From: Octopus sinensis
Lineage: Eukaryota
NCBI RefSeq assembly: GCF_006345805.1
Contig: NC_042997.1
Coordinates: forward strand, 144,956,001-145,020,000
Length of the DNA: 64,000 nt
Direction: 5' to 3'
This document shows, piece after piece, positions 51,773 through 63,697 of the stretch (position 1 is the first letter of the stretch; each line of letters opens with the position of its first letter). The notes beneath the pieces were generated by a model. It saw only the letters and a list, made by a program, of their open reading frames with translations. It made no database searches and was not told the DNA's origin. A program made the position numbers and the translations under genes.

Positions 51773-54284
51773 AACAAATACACATGTAAATACATACACA
51801 CGTACACAATGCTCACACACACACACACACATACACACAGACCCGCACACAGTGCACACACACACAACACATATACACACGTGCACACACACACCACAAC
51901 GCGCGCGCACACACACATATAACACACACACACGCACACAGTGCACACACACACACACACACATATATATATACAACCCGCGGCACACACACACACCAAA
52001 ACGTGCACACACACACACACACACACACACCCAACACTCACACACATACATCACCTACATATATATAATGCATGCGTGTGCATGCCAGTATGTGTGCGGT
52101 CAATGCCCGCTAGTGTGTCCTATGCGTGCCGATGCGCGCATGTGCCCGCCCGCACGATATGCTGTGAGCGTGCGCGCGTCCCTGTGTGCTTGCTCTGGAT
52201 GTGTTTCAGGGGTATGTTAGAGTATGTGTTAGTTGTGGTCTGTATTTTTGAATAAGATTACTTTCCTTATTTATTCGTGTTTGGTCTGTGGTGTTGTCCG
52301 AGCATTGTATAGTGGAAGACTAAGAATTTGGGGGACTTATTGTGTGCACAAAGGTCTAAGTGTCCACTCAGTGGTATCTGTCTTGTGGAGGGGTCCCTCA
52401 GTTGTTGTCGGTGACTGTCATTCTTTCTCTGAGGGTAAGGCTCGTTTGCCCTATGTAGTCTTCGTGGCATCCTTCACACCTTATGACGTAGAGTAAATTT
52501 TTTGATGCGCACGTGAAATTATTTTTTATGATGAATGTGTGTACCGAGTGGAACTTGTACGACGATCCCTCAATGGGTGGATGCAGGTCTTGCAGTTGGG
52601 GCGACCACACTTTTTTTGATGGTGGGCGGTGGTTTGTGTTGTATAATTTTGCGTTGGTGAGGAGGTTTTTTAGGGATTTAGGTTGTCTCTTACTTTTTAT
52701 TATTTTATGAGCTGCCAGTATTTTTTTCAGGCGTGGGTCTTGATTTAGTTGTGGAATGTTGTTGTATATAATAGTGTAAGCTTCTGCATTCCTTGGGTGT
52801 GTGTGTGAGAGATAGGGGAGGCTATTTACTGTACTGTGGATGTGTTTGGGTTTTCGAGGTCTTGAATGTTGATTGATTTGGCCCGTTCTATTCCGTTGTC
52901 TACTAGTGATGCCGGGTAATGTCTTCGAGAAGAATTGCCCTTAGTTCCCGGAGTCTTCTATTTCGTGTTGTGTCATTTGAGACAATAGTGCAGATTCTTC
53001 TCGCTAGGTTGAAGGGGATATTTGTCTTTGTGTGTTTTGGGTGATTGGAGGTGAATAGAAGGTATTGTTTAGAGTCAGTGGGTTTGTAATGGATGTCAGT
53101 TTCAATGTTGACGCTTTTTTAATGATTAGGATGTCAAGAAAAGGGAGTTGGTCCTGACTATATTCCATTGTGAATTGAATGTTATTATTTACACTGTTGA
53201 TAGGTTTTTGAAGTCTATAATTGGTCGAGTGTGTGGGACCATAGGATGAGGCATCATCTAAGTAGCGTTTCCAGTTCTCCAACAGGTATTTGTGGAAAGA
53301 CTGGCCGTACTTATATTTGGATTTTTCATAGATATGTGATTCCAGGTAGGCCAACCAGGTTTGCATAGGTAGGTGCAACTTTCGTACCCATTGCAGTTCC
53401 TGAGACCTGTCTGTAAGTTGTTGTGGAAATACATGAAGTTTTTTGCAGAATATAATTTGAGGCCCTCAATTATGAATTCTTTTTAATTCTTTCCGGGATC
53501 TCATTGGGATATTTATCCAGCCAGAATTTAATGGCTTCCAGTCCATATTCATGTGGGATTGTGGTGTAAAGATTAATAACATCAAAAGAAACGATTAAGG
53601 TGTCTTTATCGGCATGTTTGGGGAGATGTGTGACAAACAGACGCTATCTGACCAACGGGCACGGACACATCTATTCACACCCGCATACTAACTCCTGATA
53701 ACCCCAAAATCATTCATGCATAAAGGGGAAGTATACACCACATTGGCTACTTCTTCTTTTCTCTCAGTTCAGCCTTTCTGCTAATACCGACAGGTCAGTA
53801 AAAACATATTCTCGCCTTGAACTTAAAATATTCTGAGATGTATAAAAAATCCATTTTAATTTTTGCTGTCAAAAGGCTGTATATATATACCAAAGACTGT
53901 ATATATATACATGTAATGTGACAATTTGCGACAACCAATAATTAACGCAACCAATTCCCATAATATATTTGTTTTATCCTTTTCTGCCAAATTATCCCAA
54001 ATATTCTCATCACACTATTGAACTTCTCTGTTTACCAAACACTATATTTATACATGTAATGTGACAATTATGTATAAAAAAACATTTTTGAATTCATAAT
54101 ATCAATGTGACAATATGTAAAAAACTTTTTTGAATGCATAATATTCAATGTGACAATTATGTAAAAAACTTTTTTGAACCCATATTATTCAATTTCCTTA
54201 AATGTTACTTTTGACAATCTTTTACCAAAGAGTGAAACCGGTTAAGTAAATAAACATCGTTTAAATTGCATTTTCAAACCTTTT
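50252..54284 (-). mobile_element. Penelope-like element: 5'-truncated RT plus GIY-YIG (about 53630-52250) bracketed by about 657-bp inverted repeats
   Basis: IVSFDVINLYTTIPH, VSGTAMGTKVAPTYANL, WKRYLDD, FTCASKNLLYVIRCEGCHEDYIGQT...LRER; arms 50252-50908 and 53627-54284. Confidence 0.85.
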
Positions 54285-54323
54285 TTCTTATTAATCCCAC
54301 TCGTGCGATACCCCACAACTCAA

Positions 54324-54406
<83 letters not shown>

Positions 54407-54422
54407 TAGATATATATATATA

Positions 54423-54595
54423 CTGTTGTGTCTGGGGATAGTCATTTTCTTTTTGTGCCTTATAATGTAACACACTCACCGGTAAAATTTCCACTTATTT
54501 CTATTTTATTTTCCTAAAATTTTCGTTGCGTCTTACAACCTTTTCATTACATTATAAGGCACAAAAAGAAAATTGACTCTCCCCAGACACAACAG
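54423..54595. repeat. 48/49-bp inverted repeat around a 76-bp loop (pLTR-like family also at about 29430-29540)
   Basis: 54423-54470 versus 54547-54595, one mismatch and one indel. Confidence 0.85.
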
Positions 54596-54649
54596 AATAT
54601 GCTTCAACACACGAACTCATATAAAGAATCTTGCAACCTAATCTAAAAA

Positions 54650-54697
<48 letters not shown>

Positions 54698-55063
54698 CTG
54701 AAGGATTGGAATTAATCAAAGGACATACTATCTCTTATTTAAATCTCCAAAACACTCTGATGAAATCAACCGTCCGAAGGCAAAGTGTTATTTTCAGCAG
54801 GTAGATATACTTAGTATGTTCTTTGATAATTTTAATCCTTCAGCAATTTAATGCCTTTTTGGGGCCTGCAATCGCCTATATTACTGATTCTGTTATCATT
54901 TTCAAATTGTTAAACAAGGTAATAACAGAGTCAAATGAATCTTCACAAATTATTCTTTCGTGAATTATTTTTCTCGTGAATTATTTGTTCCGTGTTGACA
55001 TTATATATATATATATATATATATATATCTATATATATATATATATTATATATATATATATAT

Positions 55064-55118
<55 letters not shown>

Positions 55119-56317
55119 TTACTAGCGGTGACTCCAGGTCATCACCGCCACTTGGGGATTTCGCATAAGACACATGCCTGCTCGAAGAATTGCACGTTTT
55201 TCACTTTATTTCTAGCCCCAAATAGCTTCTTTTTTTTATATCTAGCACTATGTCTTTCTCCATTTCTAAGTTAAGGGTAAAAATAAAGCAACCCTGCAAA
55301 ACACAACTGATCTTTACACACAGACGTACAGAATAACACCAATCAAATAATGGCAGTGGAGTGTGAAACAAGCATCAGCGACCTGACTGTCGCCTGTACT
55401 CTTGACAAGAGATGCCAGTTAGTCTTTTACATCTACCAGGCTAATTCGTATTAGCCCGAGTTGCTGGATAATTTTTCGTTCCTTCAAGAATATTGCAGAA
55501 CAGAAACTTTTCATAGATTAGAATTTAAATCTTAATCTCTATAGAAATTTATTGATTTAAGAAAACTTGAATTTGAATTACTTCTAATTTTTACAATTAT
55601 AGATAACAACTCAGAAAGTTAATTCTGAGCCCGATTCGGGTGCGTGTGAACAATGTCAAGAGACCATCTGCTACGAACGATATTTTTTGACACAGAGCAC
55701 CTCGAAGACAACCGCCAGACGCTGAACGAAAATAAATCAACTGCGACCAGGCTCAATAATAGGAGCCCGAGTTATTGGCTGCAATTTTATACTTGGTGTC
55801 TGTGTTGGCAAAAATTAAATCAGCTTGCAAATACACGTTCACTTTACTAAATTTATATCCGGGCTTAACCCGAACGGCATTCAAATATACATATATACAT
55901 ACAAAAATATCTTGTTTGATGTAGTCTGAATTCCAGTGAAGTATCTTGTTTCTTGACTTGAAATCGACTCTTTCTCGGTTAGTGAGAAATTTGAAAATTA
56001 AAACCAAAGACAAACATACATACAAGCATGCATACATACATACATACATACATACATACATACATACATACATACATGATATATATATATACAGCCCAAC
56101 TATCTTGCACACACATATGCATATGTACACACACAACACACATGCACATATACACACACACATGCACACATACACACCACACCACACACATACACTTACA
56201 TTTATATATACGTATATATACACACATACACTCTCATGACGTAAATGTTATTGCGGTCGAACAGTAACCGAGTGATATGTGGTTCATTTCCTGTAGTAGG
56301 TAATCCAATCCATTCTT

Positions 56318-56468
56318 TCAGTTTCCGTCTACGAAATCCGGCTACAAGGCTGTGATCGGCCCGAGGCTATAGTAGAAGACACTTGACCAAGGTGCCACGC
56401 ATTGGGACTGAACCTGAAACCATGTGGTTTGTAAAGAAGCTTCCTACAACACATCCACTCCTGCGCCT
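56318..56468 (-). mobile_element. Family B SINE, 5' part, directly abutting the U6 3' end
   Basis: Minus strand begins AGGCGCAGGAGTGGATGTGTTGTAGG... Confidence 0.8.
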
Positions 56469-56576
56469 AAAAATATGGAACGCTTCACGAATATGCGTGT
56501 TATCTTTGCGTTGGAGCCATGCTAATCTCTGTATTGTTCCAAATTTAGTATATGTATTGCCGAAGCATAAAAACAC
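56469..56576 (-). pseudogene. Near full-length U6 snRNA pseudogene
   Basis: GCTTCGGCAATACATATACTAAATTTGGAACAATACAGAGATTAGCATGGCTCCAACGCAAAGATAACACGCATATTCGTGAAGCGTTCCATATTTTT matches canonical U6 with about a dozen changes and a 3-nt deletion after ACAGAGA; upstream is (GT)n, with no promoter. Confidence 0.92.
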
Positions 56577-56631
56577 ACACACACACACACACACACCACG
56601 CACACGCACACACACACACACACACACACCC

Positions 56632-56693
<62 letters not shown>

Positions 56694-56696
<3 letters not shown>

Positions 56697-57897
56697 GGTG
56701 GGGAGAGCAAAACTTAGATAGATAATTCATCAAATTGTTTATATTACAACAACCAGCAACTAGACATGAATATAATTTTAACACAAGTTTATAAGGGTAG
56801 AAAGAGACAATTTATTCAATATGCCTGCTTTCATTGTCCACCATATCCGTCACACGCCACCTGAAGGCATCATAACTCTTCATGATGCAGTACTCAGACA
56901 TGTTGTCCCATTCTTCCCTCGGGATTTGAGAAGTTCTGTTGGTAAAGTGCTCCAATTTTCCCCATATGATATGGTCCAGGGAGTTCAAGCCTGGACTGAA
57001 AGAAAGCTAGAAGCTAGCAGGAAAAAAGTCGGCGAAGTTGTCTTCGCAGAATTTCTGCACTTTCTTCGGGGTATGAGCAGGAGAACCATATTGAGTCCAT
57101 ACATAATTACTTTATACAGCAGGACTTTATAATAAACCTCAGTTTCCCCAGACTTGAAAAATGGAGAGGCATCTTTTTTCCATCAGACACCATGTTTCCC
57201 AGTATCATGACTTGAGCCGGGAGCTTGGTTCTAAAGACGCCCTTTACTTCAGAAGGTGACTTAGCAATGTATCAATCATTGCGACGTTTTAAAACAGCAT
57301 CAACGGTAAAGATCTTTTCATCTGAAAAGATTTTGACGGCTTGTCCCTCTTTCTTCAAGTATCGCAACACTTTTTGGCCCTTTCATGCCTTTTGGCTTTC
57401 ATTGTATGAGTCAATAGATGTTGCGAGGTCCTCACATATGACCCCAAATGTAAATTAATGTGTGCAGTATTTCTGATGGTCTTTGGATTAACTTTCATGT
57501 CCATGGACAGTTTTCTCATGGATGTTGTTGGGTCTTTCGAAATTTTGGCTTTGAGAGAAGATTTAAGAAATGCATTATCCGGTTTAAGAAATGCATTATG
57601 CTTCCACTTTCTTGCTTTCTCTTGATACCTCCAATATCCAGCATTCGTTTCTTAACGTTGTAGACTGTGCTCACAGAGGGCCCCAACAGTCGGAGCAATA
57701 CGTCTAATAGCAACCCCAGCACGAAGCAAATCTGCAATGCGATGTGGGCATATTAGATCGTATGACTAGGACTTCTGCTTAAATTAACTCTATATACCTC
57801 CAACCTGGAATAGCAAAACAATATTTTAGTATTTACGCTCAGGAAAATATGAAAAATAAGATTCCCAAAATATTCCAAGTTTTGCTTCCCCAACCCG
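56694..57897 (-). mobile_element. Decayed Tc1/mariner-superfamily element, probably maT/DD37D-like (about 1.2 kb)
   Basis: Imperfect about 27-bp TIRs with TA flanks; N-terminal HTH-like VSTVYNVKKR and C-terminal SPGLNSLDHIIWG (degenerate SPDLNPLDY..W). Confidence 0.7.
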
Positions 57898-58029
57898 TAC
57901 ATATACATACATACATACATGTATGTATGTATGTATGTATGTATGTATGTATGTATGTATGTATGTATGTATGTATGTATGTATGTATGTATGTATGTAT
58001 GTATGTATGTATGTATGTATGTATGTATG

Positions 58030-58347
58030 CCTCTTGATTCATGGCAGCAGTGCCTCCTCCAGGCACTTGTAGTAGGCCTCCGTGTCGGAAGATATATGCA
58101 GGCATAACGTCGCCATCACTAGTGATCACACCAAGCAGCATGATGTTCGTATTGGAGCTTCCGGCACGAATGCCAAGCAGTACAGAATGTCGTCTCCAAA
58201 TTTTTGGCGGAGTGAATTGCGTCAAGGTGCTGTTTTTCTCACAGGCGCTGTCAAACTGTGTAGGCGACAAAATCAAAAACAAACAGTGCTCATGCACGAA
58301 ATTAAAATATAAAATGGCGACAATTTACCCATGCATGTGAGTGTATA
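58030..58347 (-). mobile_element. Tc1/mariner-superfamily transposase fragment with one terminus
   Basis: [15 protein letters not shown] resembles the MV(F/W)G.I..DG..MP segment; ends ...GTGAGTG|TA; the other side is lost in (ATGT)n. Confidence 0.55.
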
Positions 58348-58664
58348 TATATATACTTCGATTAGAAGGTGTGTTAACCTCATGAAGGGTTGGTTTCATC
58401 AAAGGTTGGCTGGCAGCGGCAGCATCGGCAGCATCGGACGCGGGCGCACAAGACGATACCGCGCCAGTCGCCGGACGGCGGCGGCGTTGGCGCATAGCAG
58501 AGGGACCGGAGGGCAGCAGGGCGGCGGCCGCGTGTAGGCGGTGGTGTATGCGGGGCAACGGGCAGTGTCCACGGTCGTTGGCACTGCAGCGCGGCCGACG
58601 CCGGAAGCATCGGCCGACCGGATCGTACCCGTTACTGTAGTTCCGACCTCCACAGAGTACGACG

Positions 58665-58990
58665 GTCACCTAGAACGTGGCTGTTCTGCGTGGTGCTTCC
58701 GACGATTTGCCTAGGTACAAGTCCGGGAAAGGTTGTTTATGGAAGACCAGCAGTCACTATGCATACCAACCTCCCCTCTCTACGCCATGCCGCCGATGTT
58801 ATCCAAGAGAAAAGCAAAGGCCGATACAGCTTGGCACCAGTGACGTCGCAATTTCTACAGCTGAGTGAAGTGGAGCAACGTGAAATAAAGTGTCTTGCTG
58901 AAGAACACAACTCACAGCTCGTTCCGGGAATCGAACTGACTACTTCATGACTGTGAGCCCGACGCTCAAACCACTGAGTCATGCGCCTAA
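58665..58990 (-). mobile_element. Family C-related tRNA-derived SINE, full length
   Basis: A box TGACTCAGTGG, B box GTTCGATTCCC, CORE-like CTTCAGCAAGACAC. Confidence 0.8.
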
Positions 58991-59146
58991 ACGTTCCAAC
59001 CATCAAATTAATAACGGCAAACTTATTTTAATACATTTTCCCGCTATCTTGAAAAGCAACTGAAACTAAGTAAACGTATTTCAAAAGAAACACAGCAAAA
59101 TATGCTATTGGAGTAGTTACAGCTAAGTTAAAATGGCGGGAAATAC

Positions 59147-59738
59147 ATTTTTTTCTCTTTTCTACTCTAGACACAAGGCTCGAAATTTTGGGGGAGAGAG
59201 CCAGTCGATTATATCGACCCCTGTACGCAACTGGTACTTAATTTATCGACCCCGAAAGGATGAAAGGTAAAGTCAACCGCGTCGGAATTTGATCTCAGAA
59301 CGTAAAGACAGATGAAATACCTGTTTCTTTACTACTCACAAGGGGCTAAACACAGAGAGGACAAACGAGGACAGAAGAACGGATTAAGTCGATTATATCA
59401 ACCCCAGTGCGTAACTGGTAATTAATTTATCGACCCCGAAAGGATGAAAGGCAAAGTCGACCTCGGCGGAATTTGAACTCAGAACGTAGCGGCGGACGAA
59501 ATACCTATTTCTTTACTACCCACAAGGGGCTAAACACAGAGAGGACAAACAAAGACAGACAAACGGATTAAGTCGATTATATCGACCCCAGTGCGTAACT
59601 GGTACTTATTTAATCGACTCCGAAAGCATGAAAAGCAAAGTCGACGTCGGCGGAATTTGAACTCAGAACGTAGAGGCAGACGAAATACGGCTACGTATTT
59701 CGCCCGGCGTGCTAACGATTCTGCCAGCTCGCCGCCTT
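59147..59738 (-). mobile_element. Family A SINE trimer with one flanking TSD
   Basis: One head plus three body units; flanked by AAATGGCG(G/A)GAAATAC at 59131-59146 and 59739-59754. Confidence 0.85.
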
Positions 59739-60030
59739 AAATGGCGAGAAATACTAAAAGATATTGGTTATTCTACCTTCATGCAGCGCGGCCGACGCCG
59801 AAAGCCATCGGCCGACCGGCTCGTGCTATATAACTGTGCGACTATATAAGTTGATATAAATTTCTACATGCTTGTAGCTTTCATTAGAGAACATTCACAG
59901 CCTTTTGTCCCAACAAAAATTTTAATATTCTCAATAAATTCCCGTAATTATCTGCGTTGCTTATAAAAGAAAACAAAAATCAAACTCTAAAGTTATTAAT
60001 TTCCCAATGGGGAGAAAAGTGGAGAGCTGG

Positions 60031-60091
<61 letters not shown>

Positions 60092-60235
60092 CATATCGAA
60101 CACCGCTATACACTCTTTCTAGTAGATGATATTATACACATCTTTTTAACTGAAATAATAAATAACGAACCTAATATATATTATGTCACCTTCATACACT
60201 TATTCATTATGCTATACATCAAAGCGTTATATATG

Positions 60236-60300
<65 letters not shown>

Positions 60301-60339
60301 TATACATACATATATATATATATATACATACATGCATAT

Positions 60340-60384
<45 letters not shown>

Positions 60385-61223
60385 TTATATATATGTATTA
60401 TGTATGTATGGGAGCATATATGTGTGTGTGTATATATATAGGATGCATATGTATATATGTATGTGTGCGTGAGTGGGTGTGTGTGTGTACACTGTGTGGG
60501 AACTTCCCTTAGTTTCATGCGCAGCTAAAACCTAGATACTTACCCAACCACATCGCATCATCGACAAATTTTCATTTCTTTCTCTTACAACCAACTACTT
60601 AATTACAGTTGCATACATAACAACCCATTAATCACTTCTGATGAAAATATTCAAAACTCCCATAATTAGATGGAAGAAAGCTCGACTCACTCCCACCACA
60701 AGCAACAAACTCAGTCTTTTTGTAATACCTGTGTGTGTGTGTGTATGTGTTTTAATCAATATACCTATATCTTTTCATTCAAAACCAAGCACAACCACAC
60801 TTTCTCATTTTCTTTCCGTTTTCTACTTCGTAGCTCATGATACATTTATAAATACGAACTATAGCTTAACTTTTATTAATGTTTGACAAAGTTCGTTTTT
60901 AGAGAAGCAGATAAGCAAATGGTACATGTGTCGCATTCGATTTTTAGTAGGAATAGATTAATACAGTAGGAATAGATTAATACGTCCATATATACATATA
61001 TATATGTATGTGCGTGTGCATATGTGTGTGTGCGTTTGTGTGCATGTATATATATATATATGTGTGTGTATGTATGTATATATGTATTGCATGTATGTAT
61101 GCATGCATGTATATATGCATATGCAAATACATACATACGTACAAAAATAGGAAATAACATTTTAAATTTCTTTAGTTGTTTTGAATCCCTTCAAGAAATA
61201 TGTAACCTTCGTTTTATTAAAAC

Positions 61224-61350
61224 AAAAATGCCCTGAAGAGATTCTGCCCCATACAGCTTAAAATGATAGCAAATGCCTAACATTGGATTTAACCCAAATG
61301 CTTTGAATTATGCGTTACCAAGAGGCCAGAATCGAAACATGTAGGTTTTT
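61224..61350 (+). ncRNA. Type I hammerhead ribozyme with extended stem II, intact core
   Basis: AAAAATGCC-CTGAAGA-GATTCTGCC-[75 nt]-GGCCAGAATC-GAAA-CATG-TA-GGTTTTT; GUA site, cut after 61343. Confidence 0.78.
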
Positions 61351-61461
61351 GAGTTTTCTATTGTGTTTTATTTGTATTTGAATCTTAACAACAAGCTATG
61401 ATACAAATAAATTCACTATACATCCACAACTCTCCATTTTCCTACCTTATTAATTTTACCA

Positions 61462-61529
<68 letters not shown>

Positions 61530-61660
61530 AGATTATGGTGTCATTGAGACCCAAAGGTGTCAGGTAATGCTGAATAAGTGCTATAGACAGACCATAGTTA
61601 AGTTCCAGATTCGTAATATTGCGAATAAGGGGTTCAGAGTTGGTTCTATGTCAGCGTGTG

Positions 61661-61786
61661 TATATATGAATTTTTTGCGTAATGAGATAAAAAAAACCCA
61701 AGGCTGTATAGATATTAGAGCTTTTATAGATAAATGCTCTAATATCTATATAGCCTTGGTTTTTTTTTATCTCATTACGCAAAAAA

Positions 61787-61796
<10 letters not shown>
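61661..61796. repeat. Near-perfect palindrome (55-bp arms, 14-nt loop) embedded in (TA)n
   Basis: 61667-61721 versus 61736-61790, two mismatches. Confidence 0.9.
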
Positions 61797-61836
<40 letters not shown>

Positions 61837-61937
61837 TAATTCAAATAAACAAACAAAAAGCAAAGAAAAAATATAAAAAACGAACGTGAGGATGTGCACA
61901 AGAAATACATTAATTTGACGCTGAATAAAAGGAGAGT

Positions 61938-61972
61938 TGTTTACGTTTCGAGCATAGCTCTTCGTCAGAAAG
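61938..61972 (-). ncRNA. Minimal PLE-type hammerhead motif
   Basis: TTT-CTGACGA-A-GAGC-TAT-GCTC-GAAA-CG-TA-AAC; stem I weak; degenerate relatives at about 13610, 27345 and 28890. Confidence 0.6.
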
Positions 61973-62111
61973 AGGCAAGTCCAAAGAGAAACAAGGGAAA
62001 ATCGCCAACAGTCCATCCGCGGTTATATATAAGTCTGTGCGTGTTTGTGTGTGTGTGTGTACGCGCGTGTATGTGTATGTCTTTATGTGTGTTTGTGTAT
62101 GTATTTATATA

Positions 62112-63697
62112 TATTCTTTTAGCTCTTTTATGCATTTCAGACCCATGACTGGCCATGCTGGTGCAACGCCAGTATTATCACTTTTTCAACGGACAGCAGG
62201 AGGTCAAGTTGTTTCTTGAAAACATGTAGCCCACTCCATGTAGATCTCTCAGGCTTTTTAGTAAGATATTATAAAGCTGTGGTCTTTTGAAACTCAAGTT
62301 ATTTCAGTACCTGGATCTCACTGTGGAGGCGGTGACTGGAAATGTTGGAATAGTACAGTGGCGTCCAGCTCGGGGGCTGCTATAACTTCCGATATCAAAG
62401 TTCGGTGCCAACCCCTCTAGGATCTTCCGGATGTATATCACTGCGTATCTCTTCTGTCTTCGATCCACGGAGTAGAATCATAAGTCTTTCAATCTCTCTC
62501 AGTAGTTCAGCTCTTCTATTGATGCAATCTTCCTGGTGTAGCACCGCTTAACTACCTCAAGTTCCGCCATTAATTTGATACTGTGGGGTGACGACAGTTG
62601 AGAGCAGTAGTCCAGACGGCTGACAAATGTCCACCATAGAACCAACATAGCTTCCTAGTCTCTTGTTCTGAAAGTTCGCAGAATCCATTCAGCCATTCGC
62701 CAGCACATTGCCACGATTTTGGTGACATGTCCATGAAGCGAAGCATTACTGTTCATGTAATCCCCCAGTCACGCACAGTATTTGACTCAGTGATTACAGT
62801 TCATTTTTGTCCAAAGTATCTTCGTTGCTACATGTTATCTCAAGCTGGCTGATAGCGGAGGATTTGTAATTTTCTTGCATTAAATTGCATGTTGTTTTCT
62901 TTAGTCCATTTCTATCTGGTATTTAGGTCTTTCTCTGGAAGATTTGCAACGAAAGTTTCCTCGACTGCTTGTACAACTTTTGTATCATTGGCATAGCTAG
63001 TAAGTGTGGCTGTCTATGTAACTGATGGCATGGTCTGAAAAAGCTAACGTAAAAAGCAGCGGTTCCAAAGTAGTTCCCTGAGGCACTCTACTCACTGTTA
63101 CCGTAAATCCTCGAGTATAGACCGCCCTTGAGTATAATATGCAGGGGATTTTTCGGTGGTTGTACCTCTGAAAAACCTAAGCCTTGTATATAATACGCAC
63201 CCCTTCTCTAACTTGAGTCAAGGAGGTCTATATAACGTCCTTGGTTTGTAAAAATGTATACGATAACGTCTTTTATTATTATTGTATATATAACATAATG
63301 CAAACGTGTAGCTTTTTTGTGCATTTTGCTTGCAGAATATAAAGAAATAACAGAAATAACGTTTAATAAATGTTGCTTACTGCAAGTTATGGATGATTCT
63401 TTTATGACTTCATTGCTTTCAGGCGTAACTTAAGGTATTTTCGCGCCCGACATCACAAAATGCGTCTGAATAAACATTGCCGGACAGCAAACAGAGACTC
63501 GGACATTGCTTAGAAAATAATTTTCATTCTTAACCTCGTATATAGTAAGCACTAGGGATTTTGACCTTTAAATTTTGGGGAAAAAATGCGGATTGTACTC
63601 GAGGATTTACGGTACTTCTGGGAGAGGGTCCAGCTGGTTGTTACATCCTGGCTCCTGTCTTTTAAGAAGTCGTGTAACCACTCTCCCAGTTTCCCAA
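62112..63697 (-). mobile_element. 5'-truncated CR1-clade LINE, interrupted by a MITE
   Basis: GEWLHDFLKDRSQ...VPQGT, YANDT, SRLDYCSQL...ELEVVKR...ERLKDL; reading continues across the MITE. Confidence 0.85.
63101..63612. mobile_element. pogo/Tigger-like MITE inserted in the CR1 RT
   Basis: TIR CCGTAAATCCTCGAGTA; TA duplication at 63099-63100 and 63613-63614. Confidence 0.9.

Noticed and set aside
55110-55145. ACTAG plus GCGGTGA/TCACCGC hairpin, possible further Helitron end
   Set aside because: Could not identify the matching 5' TC terminus, so not listed as a feature
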